DNA of 64,000 nucleotides, from the IMG/VR virus record IMGVR_UViG_3300042691_036566, positions 1-64,000 of that record. The stretch is one strand, 5' to 3'. The notes below the pieces were generated by a model, which saw only the letters and a list, made by a program, of their open reading frames with translations, did no database searches and had not been told where the DNA came from. The position numbers were made by a program, and so were the translations under genes. Shown one piece after another: positions 10,489 to 20,003 of the stretch (position 1 is the stretch's first letter; every line of letters begins with the position of its first letter). This DNA comes from an uncultured virus (IMG/VR IMGVR_UViG_3300042691_036566). Taxonomy: Duplodnaviria; Heunggongvirae; Uroviricota; Caudoviricetes.

Positions 10489-13400
10489 ATGTCTGATCGT
10501 AAAAATTCAAACCTAAAGTTCGCAAATCTACACAATCACGATACATTTAGTATTTTCGATGGTCTAGGCTTTCCCGACGAGCATATTGATTATGCTTACG
10601 GTAATGGTTTGGATGGTATTGCATTTACTAATCATGGTAATATGAACTCTTTTTCTTATGCCTTTATGAAGTCAAAGAAAATGAAGGACGAAGGTAAAAC
10701 TGATTTTAAGGTTATGTATGGAATTGAAGCCTATGTCCATCCTTCAATTCCAGACTGGAAAAAAGAAAAGGAAAGATATGAAGATGATGCAAAACTTGCA
10801 AAACAGGTTGATGATGAAATTGGTTTGGTTGTCGAAGATGAATCTGAAACAAAAAAAGGAATTAAAAGCGCCCTCAATCAAAGAAGCCACCTTGTTCTTG
10901 TTGCCCAAAACCAAACAGGTCTTAACAATCTTTTTAAGCTGGTTTCTACCAGTTATAGTGGTGACAACTTTTACCGTTTCCCCCGTATTGACTACGATAT
11001 GCTTCGTCAACATGGCGAAGGAATCATCGCTTCCTCTGCCTGTTTGGGTGGGGTTCTTGCTAATGATTATTGGCGTAACCGAGATGCTGGTGAGACCGCT
11101 GTTTATAGTGCTATGGAAAAAACTGTTCAACAGATGATGAACATCTTTGGAGATCGTTTTTATGGCGAACTTCAATGGGCTATGGCACCAGAACAGCATA
11201 TCCTAAATCAATATATTATCAAGCTTTCCCAACAATATGGGTTTAAGCTTGTAACAACTTGTGATGCCCACTATCCTTCACCAGACCTTTGGAAGGATCG
11301 TGAAATTTACAAAATGCTTGGATGGCTTGGAAAAAACAAAGAAGAGCTATCTATGGGCAACCTCCCTGTTTCTCTAGAAGAAATGGCTTATCAACTATAT
11401 CCAAAAAACGGTGATCAACTATTTCAATTTTATAAAGAGACTTCTAAGAAACTAGGATTTAAATACGATGATGATCTTATCGCTGAAAGTATCGAGAGAA
11501 CTAGCGATATTGTAAAAAATCGTATCGAGAATTATGTACCAGATACAGAAGTAAAATTGCCATCATTCGTAATTCCAGAAGGCGAAAGTGCCGACTCTGC
11601 TCTAGCTAAAATTGCAATTGAAAAGCTAAAAGCAGCTGGACTACACAAAGATAATGTATATGTTGATCGTCTAAAGGAAGAACTTCACACGATCAAGGAT
11701 CGTGGTTTTTCTCGTTACTTCCTAACAATGAAAAATATTGCTAATGACGCTAAAGATGTACAACTTTGTGGTGGTGGTCGTGGATCTGGTGCTGGCTCTC
11801 TAGTATCGTACCTTCTTGATATTACAGAAGTCGATCCAATCAAGTATAAACTTCAGTTCTCACGTTTTATTCGTAAGAACGCAAAGGATTATCCTGATAT
11901 TGACTTCGACGTAAGTGATCCAATGGCAATCAAAGAATTGATGATTGCAAAGTATGGTGAAAATACTGTAGTTCCAATCTCCAACTACAACACCCTACAA
12001 ATTCGTTCACTGATTAAGGATATCTCTAAGCTTTACGATATTCCATTTCAAGAGGTAAATGAAGTAACCAGCAAGATGCAAGCAGAGGCAATTCCTGTAT
12101 GTAAACGTATTCACGGAATTACCGCTGGTGTTTATATTCCGACTTGGGAAGAACTGAAAGAGCACTCTCCGTCGCTCCGTGGATATTTGGAGAGATATCC
12201 AGATGTAGCTACGCATGTAGAGAACCTACAGGGTCAGATTCGCAGTATTTCCCGTCATGCTGGTGGTGTACTATTTGCAGAAAATATCAACGAAAAAATG
12301 CCGTTGATTAATAGTGGTGGAGTAACACAAACTCCTTGGACTGAGGGCCAAACTGTACGTCATTTGGAACCTCTTGGATTCATTAAATTTGATATTCTTG
12401 GTCTAGCATCGCTAAGGATGATCGAAACTTGTATTGAGCACATCTTAAAGCGTAAACATGGGATTAAAAATCCAACGTTTGAAGATGTGAAGAAGTATTA
12501 TCGTGATAATCTACATCCAGACAAGATTGATCTAAATGATCAAAAAGTCTATGATTATGTATTTGGAGAGGGAAACTTCTGTGGTACATTTCAGTTTACT
12601 AACATGGGTGCTCAAAAGTTTTGTATGCAGGCAAAACCAAAAAGCATTGTAGATATTGCCGCCATTACTTCTATCTATCGTCCCGGTCCACTTTCTGCAA
12701 ACGTACATACAAAATACATCGAAGCAAAAAATAATCCAAGCGATATTTTCTATATGCATGATGTAGTAAAAGAAGTAACAGAAGAGACATATGGATTTAT
12801 CGTGTTCCAAGAACAATTGAGCCTGCTTGCTCATAAACTTGGAAAAGATATTTCGCTTGATGAAGGTAATGAACTTCGTAAGGTATTAACTAAAAAAGGT
12901 ACTGGTAAGGAAGCCCAAGTAAAGGAGAAACTATATGGAAAATTTGTGGACGGCTGCATGGAAAAAAACATTAGAAAAGTCGATGCAGAAAATCTATGGA
13001 AAACTATGGAATTTTTCTCTGGTTACGGGTTCAATTTGTCTCACGCTGTTTGTTATTCCATTCTATCTTACCAGTGTGCCTATCTTTTTCATTATCACCC
13101 AGCGGAATGGCTCGCTGCATTCCTAGATAAAGAACCGGAAGATAGAAAAGAGCAGGCTATTGCTACAGCTAAAGGCTATGGATATAATATTCGTCGATTA
13201 GATATTAACTCGTCTGGAGTTAAATGGGAAGTTGGCGATGATGGCAAAACTCTTATCCAGCCCTTGACTTCGGTTAAAGGTCTCGGTGAAGTAGCCATTG
13301 ATCAGATTATGAAATATCGTCCATTTAAGACAGTTGAAGAAATATTATTTCACGATGAAATTATCTATAGTAAGGTAAATAAAAAAGCTCTTGATGCTCT

Positions 13401-13926
13401 AGTTAGAACCGAAGCAATGAATTCATTAGTGGATAATCGTTTTAGTGGATTAAAACATTTCTGGTCAGCAGTTGTAGTGGACAGACCAAAAACTAAGAAA
13501 AAATTGGATGAAAATATCCAAAAATATAAACCAGAAGGAGATTTTTCTGTTGAAGAAAAAATTGAAAACTTGGTATCATTATCCGGTATTTATCCGATAA
13601 GTCTTGTTATGGATGCACCCACTTTAAAACGACTGGAGGAGAAGTATATTCCACCCATCAGCATGTTTGAGGAAAATGAAGACTTAAACCAGGTTGTATG
13701 GTTTATTCCACGTAAATATACCGAAAAGAAAACCAAAAACGGTAAAATCTATTGGATACTTGAAGTTACGGATAATACAAATCAGCTGACCAGTATTAAA
13801 TGCTGGGGTGTTGATCCTAAAAAAGATAAGGTCTGGTTAAATAGACCATACCTCGGAAAACTTCAACATGATGATTGGGGATTTAGCACTAGAAGCATTA
13901 AGCATAATTTTAAACTATTAGGATAA
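10489..13926 (+). CDS. dnaE: DNA polymerase III alpha subunit (family C)
   Basis: PHP domain (LHNHDTFS, TNHG, DAHY), GRGSGAGSLV, PDIDFD, SRHAGGV, KFDILGL, YGFNLSHAVCY, C-terminal OB fold. Confidence 0.97.
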   Translation: MSDRKNSNLKFANLHNHDTFSIFDGLGFPDEHIDYAYGNGLDGIAFTNHGNMNSFSYAFMKSKKMKDEGKTDFKVMYGIEAYVHPSIPDWKKEKERYEDDAKLAKQVDDEIGLVVEDESETKKGIKSALNQRSHLVLVAQNQTGLNNLFKLVSTSYSGDNFYRFPRIDYDMLRQHGEGIIASSACLGGVLANDYWRNRDAGETAVYSAMEKTVQQMMNIFGDRFYGELQWAMAPEQHILNQYIIKLSQQYGFKLVTTCDAHYPSPDLWKDREIYKMLGWLGKNKEELSMGNLPVSLEEMAYQLYPKNGDQLFQFYKETSKKLGFKYDDDLIAESIERTSDIVKNRIENYVPDTEVKLPSFVIPEGESADSALAKIAIEKLKAAGLHKDNVYVDRLKEELHTIKDRGFSRYFLTMKNIANDAKDVQLCGGGRGSGAGSLVSYLLDITEVDPIKYKLQFSRFIRKNAKDYPDIDFDVSDPMAIKELMIAKYGENTVVPISNYNTLQIRSLIKDISKLYDIPFQEVNEVTSKMQAEAIPVCKRIHGITAGVYIPTWEELKEHSPSLRGYLERYPDVATHVENLQGQIRSISRHAGGVLFAENINEKMPLINSGGVTQTPWTEGQTVRHLEPLGFIKFDILGLASLRMIETCIEHILKRKHGIKNPTFEDVKKYYRDNLHPDKIDLNDQKVYDYVFGEGNFCGTFQFTNMGAQKFCMQAKPKSIVDIAAITSIYRPGPLSANVHTKYIEAKNNPSDIFYMHDVVKEVTEETYGFIVFQEQLSLLAHKLGKDISLDEGNELRKVLTKKGTGKEAQVKEKLYGKFVDGCMEKNIRKVDAENLWKTMEFFSGYGFNLSHAVCYSILSYQCAYLFHYHPAEWLAAFLDKEPEDRKEQAIATAKGYGYNIRRLDINSSGVKWEVGDDGKTLIQPLTSVKGLGEVAIDQIMKYRPFKTVEEILFHDEIIYSKVNKKALDALVRTEAMNSLVDNRFSGLKHFWSAVVVDRPKTKKKLDENIQKYKPEGDFSVEEKIENLVSLSGIYPISLVMDAPTLKRLEEKYIPPISMFEENEDLNQVVWFIPRKYTEKKTKNGKIYWILEVTDNTNQLTSIKCWGVDPKKDKVWLNRPYLGKLQHDDWGFSTRSIKHNFKLLG

Positions 13927-13941
13927 TTGGAGGCAAAATGA

Positions 13942-14172
13942 ATGTCGTTAGAAAACGAAGAAATATGGGAATTTTTACAGATTGAATCTAATGTATATGT
14001 GGTCGGAGAACCATATCCAGAAGAAAAATTTGATTTTTATATTGAAGGAGTCTCAGAAAAAAATCTGTACTGCTCCAATGAGGGTATAAAAACTCAAATA
14101 CAAGAATCTTTAAAACTAAATTCAAATAGGGAGAAAGTAGTATACTTTTTCTATAAAAGGATAGAAACATGA
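13942..14172 (+). CDS. Hypothetical protein
   Basis: GGAGG RBS, coupled to next gene. Confidence 0.55.
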   Translation: MSLENEEIWEFLQIESNVYVVGEPYPEEKFDFYIEGVSEKNLYCSNEGIKTQIQESLKLNSNREKVVYFFYKRIET

Positions 14173-14570
14173 AAATCGTAGCAGCAAGTGGTTACTTCAA
14201 TCCTCTACATAAAGGACATGTAGAGTATCTTGAGAGAGCTAAAACTCTCGGTGATAAGCTTATTGTTATCGTCAATAATGACTTTCAAGTAAAACTTAAA
14301 GGCTCTAAAGAGTTTATGGATGAGCAAGAGAGATTACAAATTGTTAGATCTTTAAGTTGTGTTGACATGGCAATTCTATCAGCAGATGTAGATCCTACGG
14401 TGTGTAAAACGCTATGGCTTGTTAGACCTGATATTTTTGCCAAAGGCGGAGATAGATACACCTATGAAATACCCGAATCAAAAATTTGTAGAGAATTAGG
14501 TATTGCAATTATTGATGGTTTAGGTGCAAAAATTCAAAGTTCATCTTGGCTATTGAGCCGAAAGGATTAA
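14169..14570 (+). CDS. HxGH cytidylyl/adenylyltransferase (TagD/RfaE-II family)
   Basis: SGYFNPLHKGH, ER...VD, PDIFAKGGD, terminal SSS. Confidence 0.85.
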   Translation: MKIVAASGYFNPLHKGHVEYLERAKTLGDKLIVIVNNDFQVKLKGSKEFMDEQERLQIVRSLSCVDMAILSADVDPTVCKTLWLVRPDIFAKGGDRYTYEIPESKICRELGIAIIDGLGAKIQSSSWLLSRKD

Positions 14571-14571
14571 A

Positions 14572-15054
14572 ATGGGAAGCATTAAAATTGATGGAGTAGA
14601 TGTTCTAATGGATCAATCAGTTCGTCTACAGTGGAAGAAATTAACACAAACAGCTAAAGGCCCGCAAAAAGCACATCACGAAGATGCAGCATGGGATTTA
14701 TATGCCGATTGCCCAGGAGGCATGTTAATCATCTCAGGAGCAACGACTATTGTTCCAACTAATATTGCTATTATGCCACCTGAAGGCTGGGCTTGTGATA
14801 TCCGTGGTCGTAGCGGTATGAACAGTAAAGGCAAGTTCGTTATTCTTGGACTAGTTGATTCATATTATACTGGCCCTTGGGGTATTGTTGTCCATAATGG
14901 AACAAAAGATGAAATTAGGATTGGGCATCATGATAAGATTGCTCAATTTACAGTTCAACGAGTTTACAACTCACAATTGGTGGAAGTCGAGGAATTTGAT
15001 GTAAGTGGTGATAAGCGTGGCTCGGGAGGTTTTGGTAGCACAGGAACCCGATAA
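14572..15054 (+). CDS. dut: Trimeric dUTPase
   Basis: AAWDL, GRSG, GLVDSYYTG, KIAQ, RGSGGFGSTG. Confidence 0.95.
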   Translation: MGSIKIDGVDVLMDQSVRLQWKKLTQTAKGPQKAHHEDAAWDLYADCPGGMLIISGATTIVPTNIAIMPPEGWACDIRGRSGMNSKGKFVILGLVDSYYTGPWGIVVHNGTKDEIRIGHHDKIAQFTVQRVYNSQLVEVEEFDVSGDKRGSGGFGSTGTR

Positions 15055-15060
15055 AATTAA

Positions 15061-15090
15061 CCCGTGGTGCCAAAACACCACGGGTTTTTT
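15061..15090 (+). terminator. Rho-independent terminator
   Basis: CCCGTGGTG-CCAAAA-CACCACGGG-TTTTTT. Confidence 0.8.
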
Positions 15091-15111
15091 ATGTGCTTTT
15101 TTGAGGAACAT

Positions 15112-15366
15112 ATGAATAGAAAACAAAAAAGAAGTCTAGAAAAGCAAATGGGCAAAGAAAATGTAGAAAAAATAAATTTAATGTTAAATATACCCACAGA
15201 GTGCTTGACTTGTAAAAAAAGTTATGATAAACTTAACAAAGAAATGGTGATGACATGGTTCGTAGAGGTATATAACGAACAAAAACGAGTGGACTTATAT
15301 TGTCCCGAGTGTTATGAAAAGAGGAAACATGAGTTGCAGCAAAAACAATCTAGCACTAACATATGA
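15112..15366 (+). CDS. Hypothetical Zn-ribbon protein
   Basis: CxxC ... CxxC; GAGG RBS. Confidence 0.6.
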   Translation: MNRKQKRSLEKQMGKENVEKINLMLNIPTECLTCKKSYDKLNKEMVMTWFVEVYNEQKRVDLYCPECYEKRKHELQQKQSSTNI

Positions 15367-16384
15367 TGATATTTTATTAATTCCGAATTATTCTGATATT
15401 CAATCAAGGTCAGAAGTATCAATAGCCAATAAACTTTCTGATGAAATTGAGTTGGAAGTTCCCATTTTTTCTGCTCCGATGGATACTGTATCTGGTTTAG
15501 ATATGGCAGAGTCAATTAGTAGACTTGGTGGTTGTGCTATTATACACAGGTATAACACAATACCAGAACAAGTTACACTGGTTAGAGAAGCAAAACGTAA
15601 TGGAACAAAATTTGTTGGTGCCGCAGTAGGTGCAACTGGGGATTTTGATGAAAGAGCATTTGCGCTAACCGCCGCTGGTGCTGATTTTATTTGTATTGAT
15701 ATTGCTCATGGTCATCATATGCATATGAAAAATGCAATTGATAAATTGAAACAAAATTCAAATATTAAACACGTTATGGCTGGTAATGTTGCAACATCAG
15801 ATGCATATGAAGATTTGGCTGGTTGGGGAGCTGATTCAGTTAAAGTTGGTATTGGAAACGGATCTATTTGTAGCACTAGGTTAAACACTGGTCATGGGGT
15901 TCCAAGTGTTACAGCTTTGCAGGATTGCGCTAGGAGTAAGAAAAGTTACTTTTATGCATGTGGACAAAAAGCTCCTGCGATTATTGCTGACGGGGGAATT
16001 AAAAATAGCGGAGACATTGTAAAAGCTTTAGCCGTTGGTGCTGATTTTGTAATGCTTGGATCGATGCTAGCCGGAACTAAAGAAGCGCCAGGAGAATTGC
16101 TTTCAACCGCAAACGGTATGCGTAAAGTTTATCGTGGTATGGCTAGTCGTGAAGCTCAGAATGATTGGAGAGGTAAATCATCCGCACCAGAAGGAATTTC
16201 TACAACTATTCCATACAAAGGAGAACTTGAGCCACTATTTATGGATATCGTAGGAGGAATTAAAAGTGGGTTCTCATATACTGGAGCAAGAAGCATTGAT
16301 GAATTTAAAAGACTCGCAAAATACGTCCAGCAAACAACGGCAGGACAACATGAAAGCTGGACACACATTCTCTCGAAAGCATAA
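15329..16384 (+). CDS. guaB: IMP dehydrogenase / GMP reductase family protein (no CBS domain)
   Basis: [33 protein letters not shown] (catalytic Cys), IIADGGI, YRGMAS. Confidence 0.9.
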   Translation: MSCSKNNLALTYDDILLIPNYSDIQSRSEVSIANKLSDEIELEVPIFSAPMDTVSGLDMAESISRLGGCAIIHRYNTIPEQVTLVREAKRNGTKFVGAAVGATGDFDERAFALTAAGADFICIDIAHGHHMHMKNAIDKLKQNSNIKHVMAGNVATSDAYEDLAGWGADSVKVGIGNGSICSTRLNTGHGVPSVTALQDCARSKKSYFYACGQKAPAIIADGGIKNSGDIVKALAVGADFVMLGSMLAGTKEAPGELLSTANGMRKVYRGMASREAQNDWRGKSSAPEGISTTIPYKGELEPLFMDIVGGIKSGFSYTGARSIDEFKRLAKYVQQTTAGQHESWTHILSKA

Positions 16385-16694
16385 ACCCGGAGAGAAAAAG
16401 GTAGTATTTTTTGCTGATGAAAATTTTCATGCTAGATTTAGAATACAGTTAAGATATGATGATTTAGCGCAAGCTAAATTTTTTAGAATGTGTATGGAAG
16501 CTTATGAAAATAAAGATGAAGAGTTTATGTCTTTCATATATAAAAAAATTGAAAAAGAAAAAAGTGCTAGAAGTAAAAAAAATATAAAAAAAGATCTTAA
16601 GCAATTAAGACAAAATGAAGAAAATTTTGGATTAAATGAAGAGGAGATTAAAGATATTTTTGATATTATAGCGATGGAGAATCCAGACCTATGA
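16350..16694 (+). CDS. Hypothetical protein
   Basis: ORF overlapping guaB end, ATGA-coupled to next gene. Confidence 0.55.
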   Translation: MKAGHTFSRKHKPGEKKVVFFADENFHARFRIQLRYDDLAQAKFFRMCMEAYENKDEEFMSFIYKKIEKEKSARSKKNIKKDLKQLRQNEENFGLNEEEIKDIFDIIAMENPDL

Positions 16695-16948
16695 GTGAAT
16701 ATAAATTTAAAACATGTACAGAAGCCTGCATTAAATTAGATGAATCATGCCCGAATAAAGATTGCAGAAATTGGATGAATTATGAAGATGATCTAAATTG
16801 CGCTGTTATTGCGGCGGATAAATATGGTGAGTTGACACTGAGAGAGGTATCGGAGCGTATAGGCTTATCTTTTGTTAGGGTAAAACAAATAGAAGACACA
16901 GCTAAAGAAAAAATAAAAGCCTCTTTGAAGGATTCTTACTATTTATAG
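16691..16948 (+). CDS. Cys-rich domain plus sigma70 region-4-like HTH
   Basis: Five Cys, then ELTLREVSERIGLSFVRVKQIE (sigma70 region 4.2 pattern TLxEVG..FxVTRERIRQIE). Confidence 0.75.
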   Translation: MSEYKFKTCTEACIKLDESCPNKDCRNWMNYEDDLNCAVIAADKYGELTLREVSERIGLSFVRVKQIEDTAKEKIKASLKDSYYL

Positions 16949-17024
16949 TATAAATAAAATCCTTTCTAGGATTTACACACTATTTATTTGTTAAGAACAT
17001 CAATCTTTTTAGGAGATACCTTAT

Positions 17025-17984
17025 ATGAGTAAAAAACAATTGCTAGAAGAATCAACAATTCGCAAGTTTATGAGACTTGCAAATCTTGAGCCACTAACCG
17101 ACAGATTCTTAAGTGAATCAGGACCGGGATATAACGAAGAAGAAGAAATGAAAGAAAGCGAAGTGGCTAAAAAATATGGCCGTCCAGATATGGATACACA
17201 AGAAGAAGCCGAAGAATTAGATTTAGGCGGAGATGAAGAAGATTCTGAAGACGGTGAGGATATGGATTTTGGAGATGATGAAGGAGCAGATTTTTCTGAT
17301 GAAGAATCTGGTGCCGTATCTCCAGAGGTCGCAAAAAGAGTTGTTCAAGCTGTTCTAGACGCTTTAGGCGTTGAAGGAACAGTCGAAGACGACGAAGAAG
17401 GTGGAGAGTTTGACGTAGACATGGATGACGACGACATGGGCGATGTAGACATGGGCGACGACGAAATGGATATGGGCGATGAGGAAGATGGCGAAGGCGA
17501 CGAAGAAGATGAAATGAATGAAGAAGATATGTATCAAGAAGAAGATGAAATGAATGAAGAAGAAGAGATGGATGAAGAAGAACTAAAAGAATCTCGATTC
17601 ATGAATAAATCTGAGTTAGTAGAAAATGTATTACGCAGAGTAACTGCTAGATTATTAGCAGAAGCCAAGAAAAAACCAGAAGATAAAAAAGCTAAAGACG
17701 TTAAGAAGAAAATGCAGGCAAAGAAAAAAGAAGCCGAAGCTAAGAAAAAGAAACTAGAAGAAGAAAAAAGCCACAAAGTAACACATGGAAAATCTTCAGG
17801 TTCTGGTTTGGCTTCAAAGGGAAAGAATAAAGATAAACTATATTCTAAACACAAGAATATGAAGTGGTCTAAAAAAGGTGAAGGTGGTCATGAAATGACA
17901 CCTCTAAAATCTTCTGGTGGGCATACAACAACTCACAAGAAAACCAGCGGTTTGACTGGAAAAGGTAGCAACAAACACAAATAA
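17025..17984 (+). CDS. Highly acidic low-complexity protein with Lys-rich tail (possible head core/scaffold)
   Basis: D/E-rich middle with DMGD and EDEMNEE repeats; basic C-terminus; AGGAGA RBS. Confidence 0.55.
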   Translation: MSKKQLLEESTIRKFMRLANLEPLTDRFLSESGPGYNEEEEMKESEVAKKYGRPDMDTQEEAEELDLGGDEEDSEDGEDMDFGDDEGADFSDEESGAVSPEVAKRVVQAVLDALGVEGTVEDDEEGGEFDVDMDDDDMGDVDMGDDEMDMGDEEDGEGDEEDEMNEEDMYQEEDEMNEEEEMDEEELKESRFMNKSELVENVLRRVTARLLAEAKKKPEDKKAKDVKKKMQAKKKEAEAKKKKLEEEKSHKVTHGKSSGSGLASKGKNKDKLYSKHKNMKWSKKGEGGHEMTPLKSSGGHTTTHKKTSGLTGKGSNKHK

Positions 17985-17993
17985 GGAATCACT

Positions 17994-18266
17994 ATGCAAA
18001 TTACAAGAGGCGAATTAAAGCAAATTATTGCAGAAGAAGTCCAACGTGTTGAAAAAGAAAAAGATCACACAGAGACTTTGGTAGAAAGCTATGCCTATGG
18101 ATATGCAGAAGATGCTGATGCAGAGTTCGTTTCTAAAGATGCGATTATAGATTTTCTAGAAGTTTTAGAGGAATCTCAAATTCCAAGAGAAGCATTAGAA
18201 GCGTTTATGGAAAATCTGCCAGAAGGTATGGTACAGAATGTTCTAAAAGATGTTTTAGAAGATTAA
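17994..18266 (+). CDS. Hypothetical acidic protein with MQITRGELKQIIAEE leader
   Basis: Leader shared with 27897, 29726, 32380. Confidence 0.6.
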   Translation: MQITRGELKQIIAEEVQRVEKEKDHTETLVESYAYGYAEDADAEFVSKDAIIDFLEVLEESQIPREALEAFMENLPEGMVQNVLKDVLED

Positions 18267-18294
18267 AAAAGGTTCTAAGTAAAGATTGATAAAA

Positions 18295-18322
18295 AAACCC
18301 ACCTATTTTAGGTGGGTTTTTT
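18295..18322 (+). terminator. Bidirectional Rho-independent terminator
   Basis: AAACCCACCTA-TTT-TAGGTGGGTTTTTT. Confidence 0.75.
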
Positions 18323-18360
18323 CTTTATTAAGTGTGGTATAATTATGTCAGGAGTTAGGA

Positions 18361-19315
18361 ATGACTAATCAATTTATTATCTGGTGTTTAGGATTTTTTA
18401 TAGGTTTTTTTATTAGATCTCTATTTTCATATCTATTTATGATAGGTACATATGTAAAATATATGCAAGAGTTAGAAATGAGATTTTTACTATTAAGCTC
18501 TCTTTTTATTCAATGGAGATCTCAAGCTATAAAAATTCTAGAACTATCTTATGAAGATGCGGCATATAGAGATCTGAAGTATCAAGAAGAATTTAAACTT
18601 GTAAAAATAAAAATTGAACAGAAATATCAAGAGTTGGGGGAACAATACGTTAAAAGAATTACTGACATGCTACCGTATAAACCAGCATATAAAAATTGGG
18701 ATGAAGCAGTAAAATTCCTAGAAAGGAATTATAAGAAATTATGACGGAAAATATCGACATGAAAATAAAACCTCCAGAAGATATAATAAAAGGATTAAAA
18801 ATCAAATACTGCTCTTCTGAGGATAATGTTTATTATCTAGAAAAATTATTTGTTGCTGCGTCTGTTGTAAAATGGATCTTTAGTAATACAAAAGATACAA
18901 ATGAAATCTTACAATATCTCAGTCAAGTTGAAAGACATATGACTGGGCAAATTAATTTATATTGGGATAATGGGATAATCAAAGTTGGTTCCATAAAAAG
19001 AGGTAAAGAATGAAAATGTATGCATGTGCTTGGAAAAGTTATGCCAATGTTTATAGCTTGCAAGTTAATGAAGTTAAGCAGTCCGATAAGAGTGAATTAA
19101 AGAAATTATTTAAGGAATGGAAACAGTCTGCTACCGGATGGAATATGAAAAACGGTGATCAATTCCTCGTATATAACAAGGAGTTTGAAGATCAAAAAGA
19201 ATGGTTAAAGTGGGCCAAAACTTGTCCAATAAAACTTTTTGAAATAAAAGTTAAACGGGATAAAGAAGAAAAGGTACAATTAACCTGTAAGAATAAAAAG
19301 AAAAGAGGAAAATAA
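18361..19315 (+). CDS. Three hypothetical ORFs (18361-18744 with N-terminal TM segment, 18741-19013, 19010-19315)
   Basis: ATGA-coupled ORFs behind a TGTGGTATAAT -10 element. Confidence 0.55.
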
Positions 19316-20001
19316 TGAGTCTTACAAGCCGCAGAAATAACAAGAAGAAGGAAGTAGAATCCGAAGAGACATCAGAAGATGTCTCAACAGAAAAGACTGT
19401 ACAGAATTTAATAATGTTACCAGGACTAGATGATGCTCAGGGAGGTATCAAGAGTATTGGATTATTTGGTGATATAAACGAAGAAAAGGGTAGTGAAATC
19501 GTATACGCTCTTTTAACAATTTGGAATGAAAATAGAAATAAAGCAAAAATCGAAGAACAGGATAAAAAATCTAAAAAAGAGAAACCAGATCCAATTGAAT
19601 TATACATTAGCACACACGGTGGATCAGCTAGTGATATGTTTGCAATTTATGATATCATGCGTCAAGTCAAAAAGGATATTGATATTTCTACAATCGGAGT
19701 AGGAAAGGTGATGAGTGCTGGTGTTCTTTTATTAGCAGCAGGCAGCAAAGGTAAGAGAAAAATCGGTAAAAATTGTAGAGTGATGCTACATTCTGTTTTG
19801 GGAGGGAGTGAAGGACCAATTCATAGTCTGGAAAATGAGATGAATGAAATTAGATGGACACAGGATCGCTATATCAATGCCCTAATTGCAGAAACTAAAT
19901 TAACACAAACTACAATGAAAAAATTGCTTGAAAAGCATGTTAACATCTATTTATCAGCAGAAGAGGCGGTGAAATACGGAATAGCTGATGAGGTAATCTA
20001 A
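19315..20001 (+). CDS. clpP: ClpP-family serine protease
   Basis: IELYISTHGG, AIYDIM, VMSAG (catalytic Ser), VMLH (His), YLSAEEAVKYGIADEVI. Confidence 0.9.
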   Translation: MSLTSRRNNKKKEVESEETSEDVSTEKTVQNLIMLPGLDDAQGGIKSIGLFGDINEEKGSEIVYALLTIWNENRNKAKIEEQDKKSKKEKPDPIELYISTHGGSASDMFAIYDIMRQVKKDIDISTIGVGKVMSAGVLLLAAGSKGKRKIGKNCRVMLHSVLGGSEGPIHSLENEMNEIRWTQDRYINALIAETKLTQTTMKKLLEKHVNIYLSAEEAVKYGIADEVI

Positions 20002-20003
20002 AA

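Noticed and set aside
926..13926. Inteins or introns in dnaB, nrdJ or dnaE
   Set aside because: Protein lengths are normal, with no intein C...HN-C/S/T junctions or LAGLIDADG inserts seen.
17400..17590. CRISPR array or DNA tandem repeat
   Set aside because: In-frame low-complexity coding repeats (DMGD, EDEMNEE). No repeat-spacer periodicity was seen anywhere in the window.
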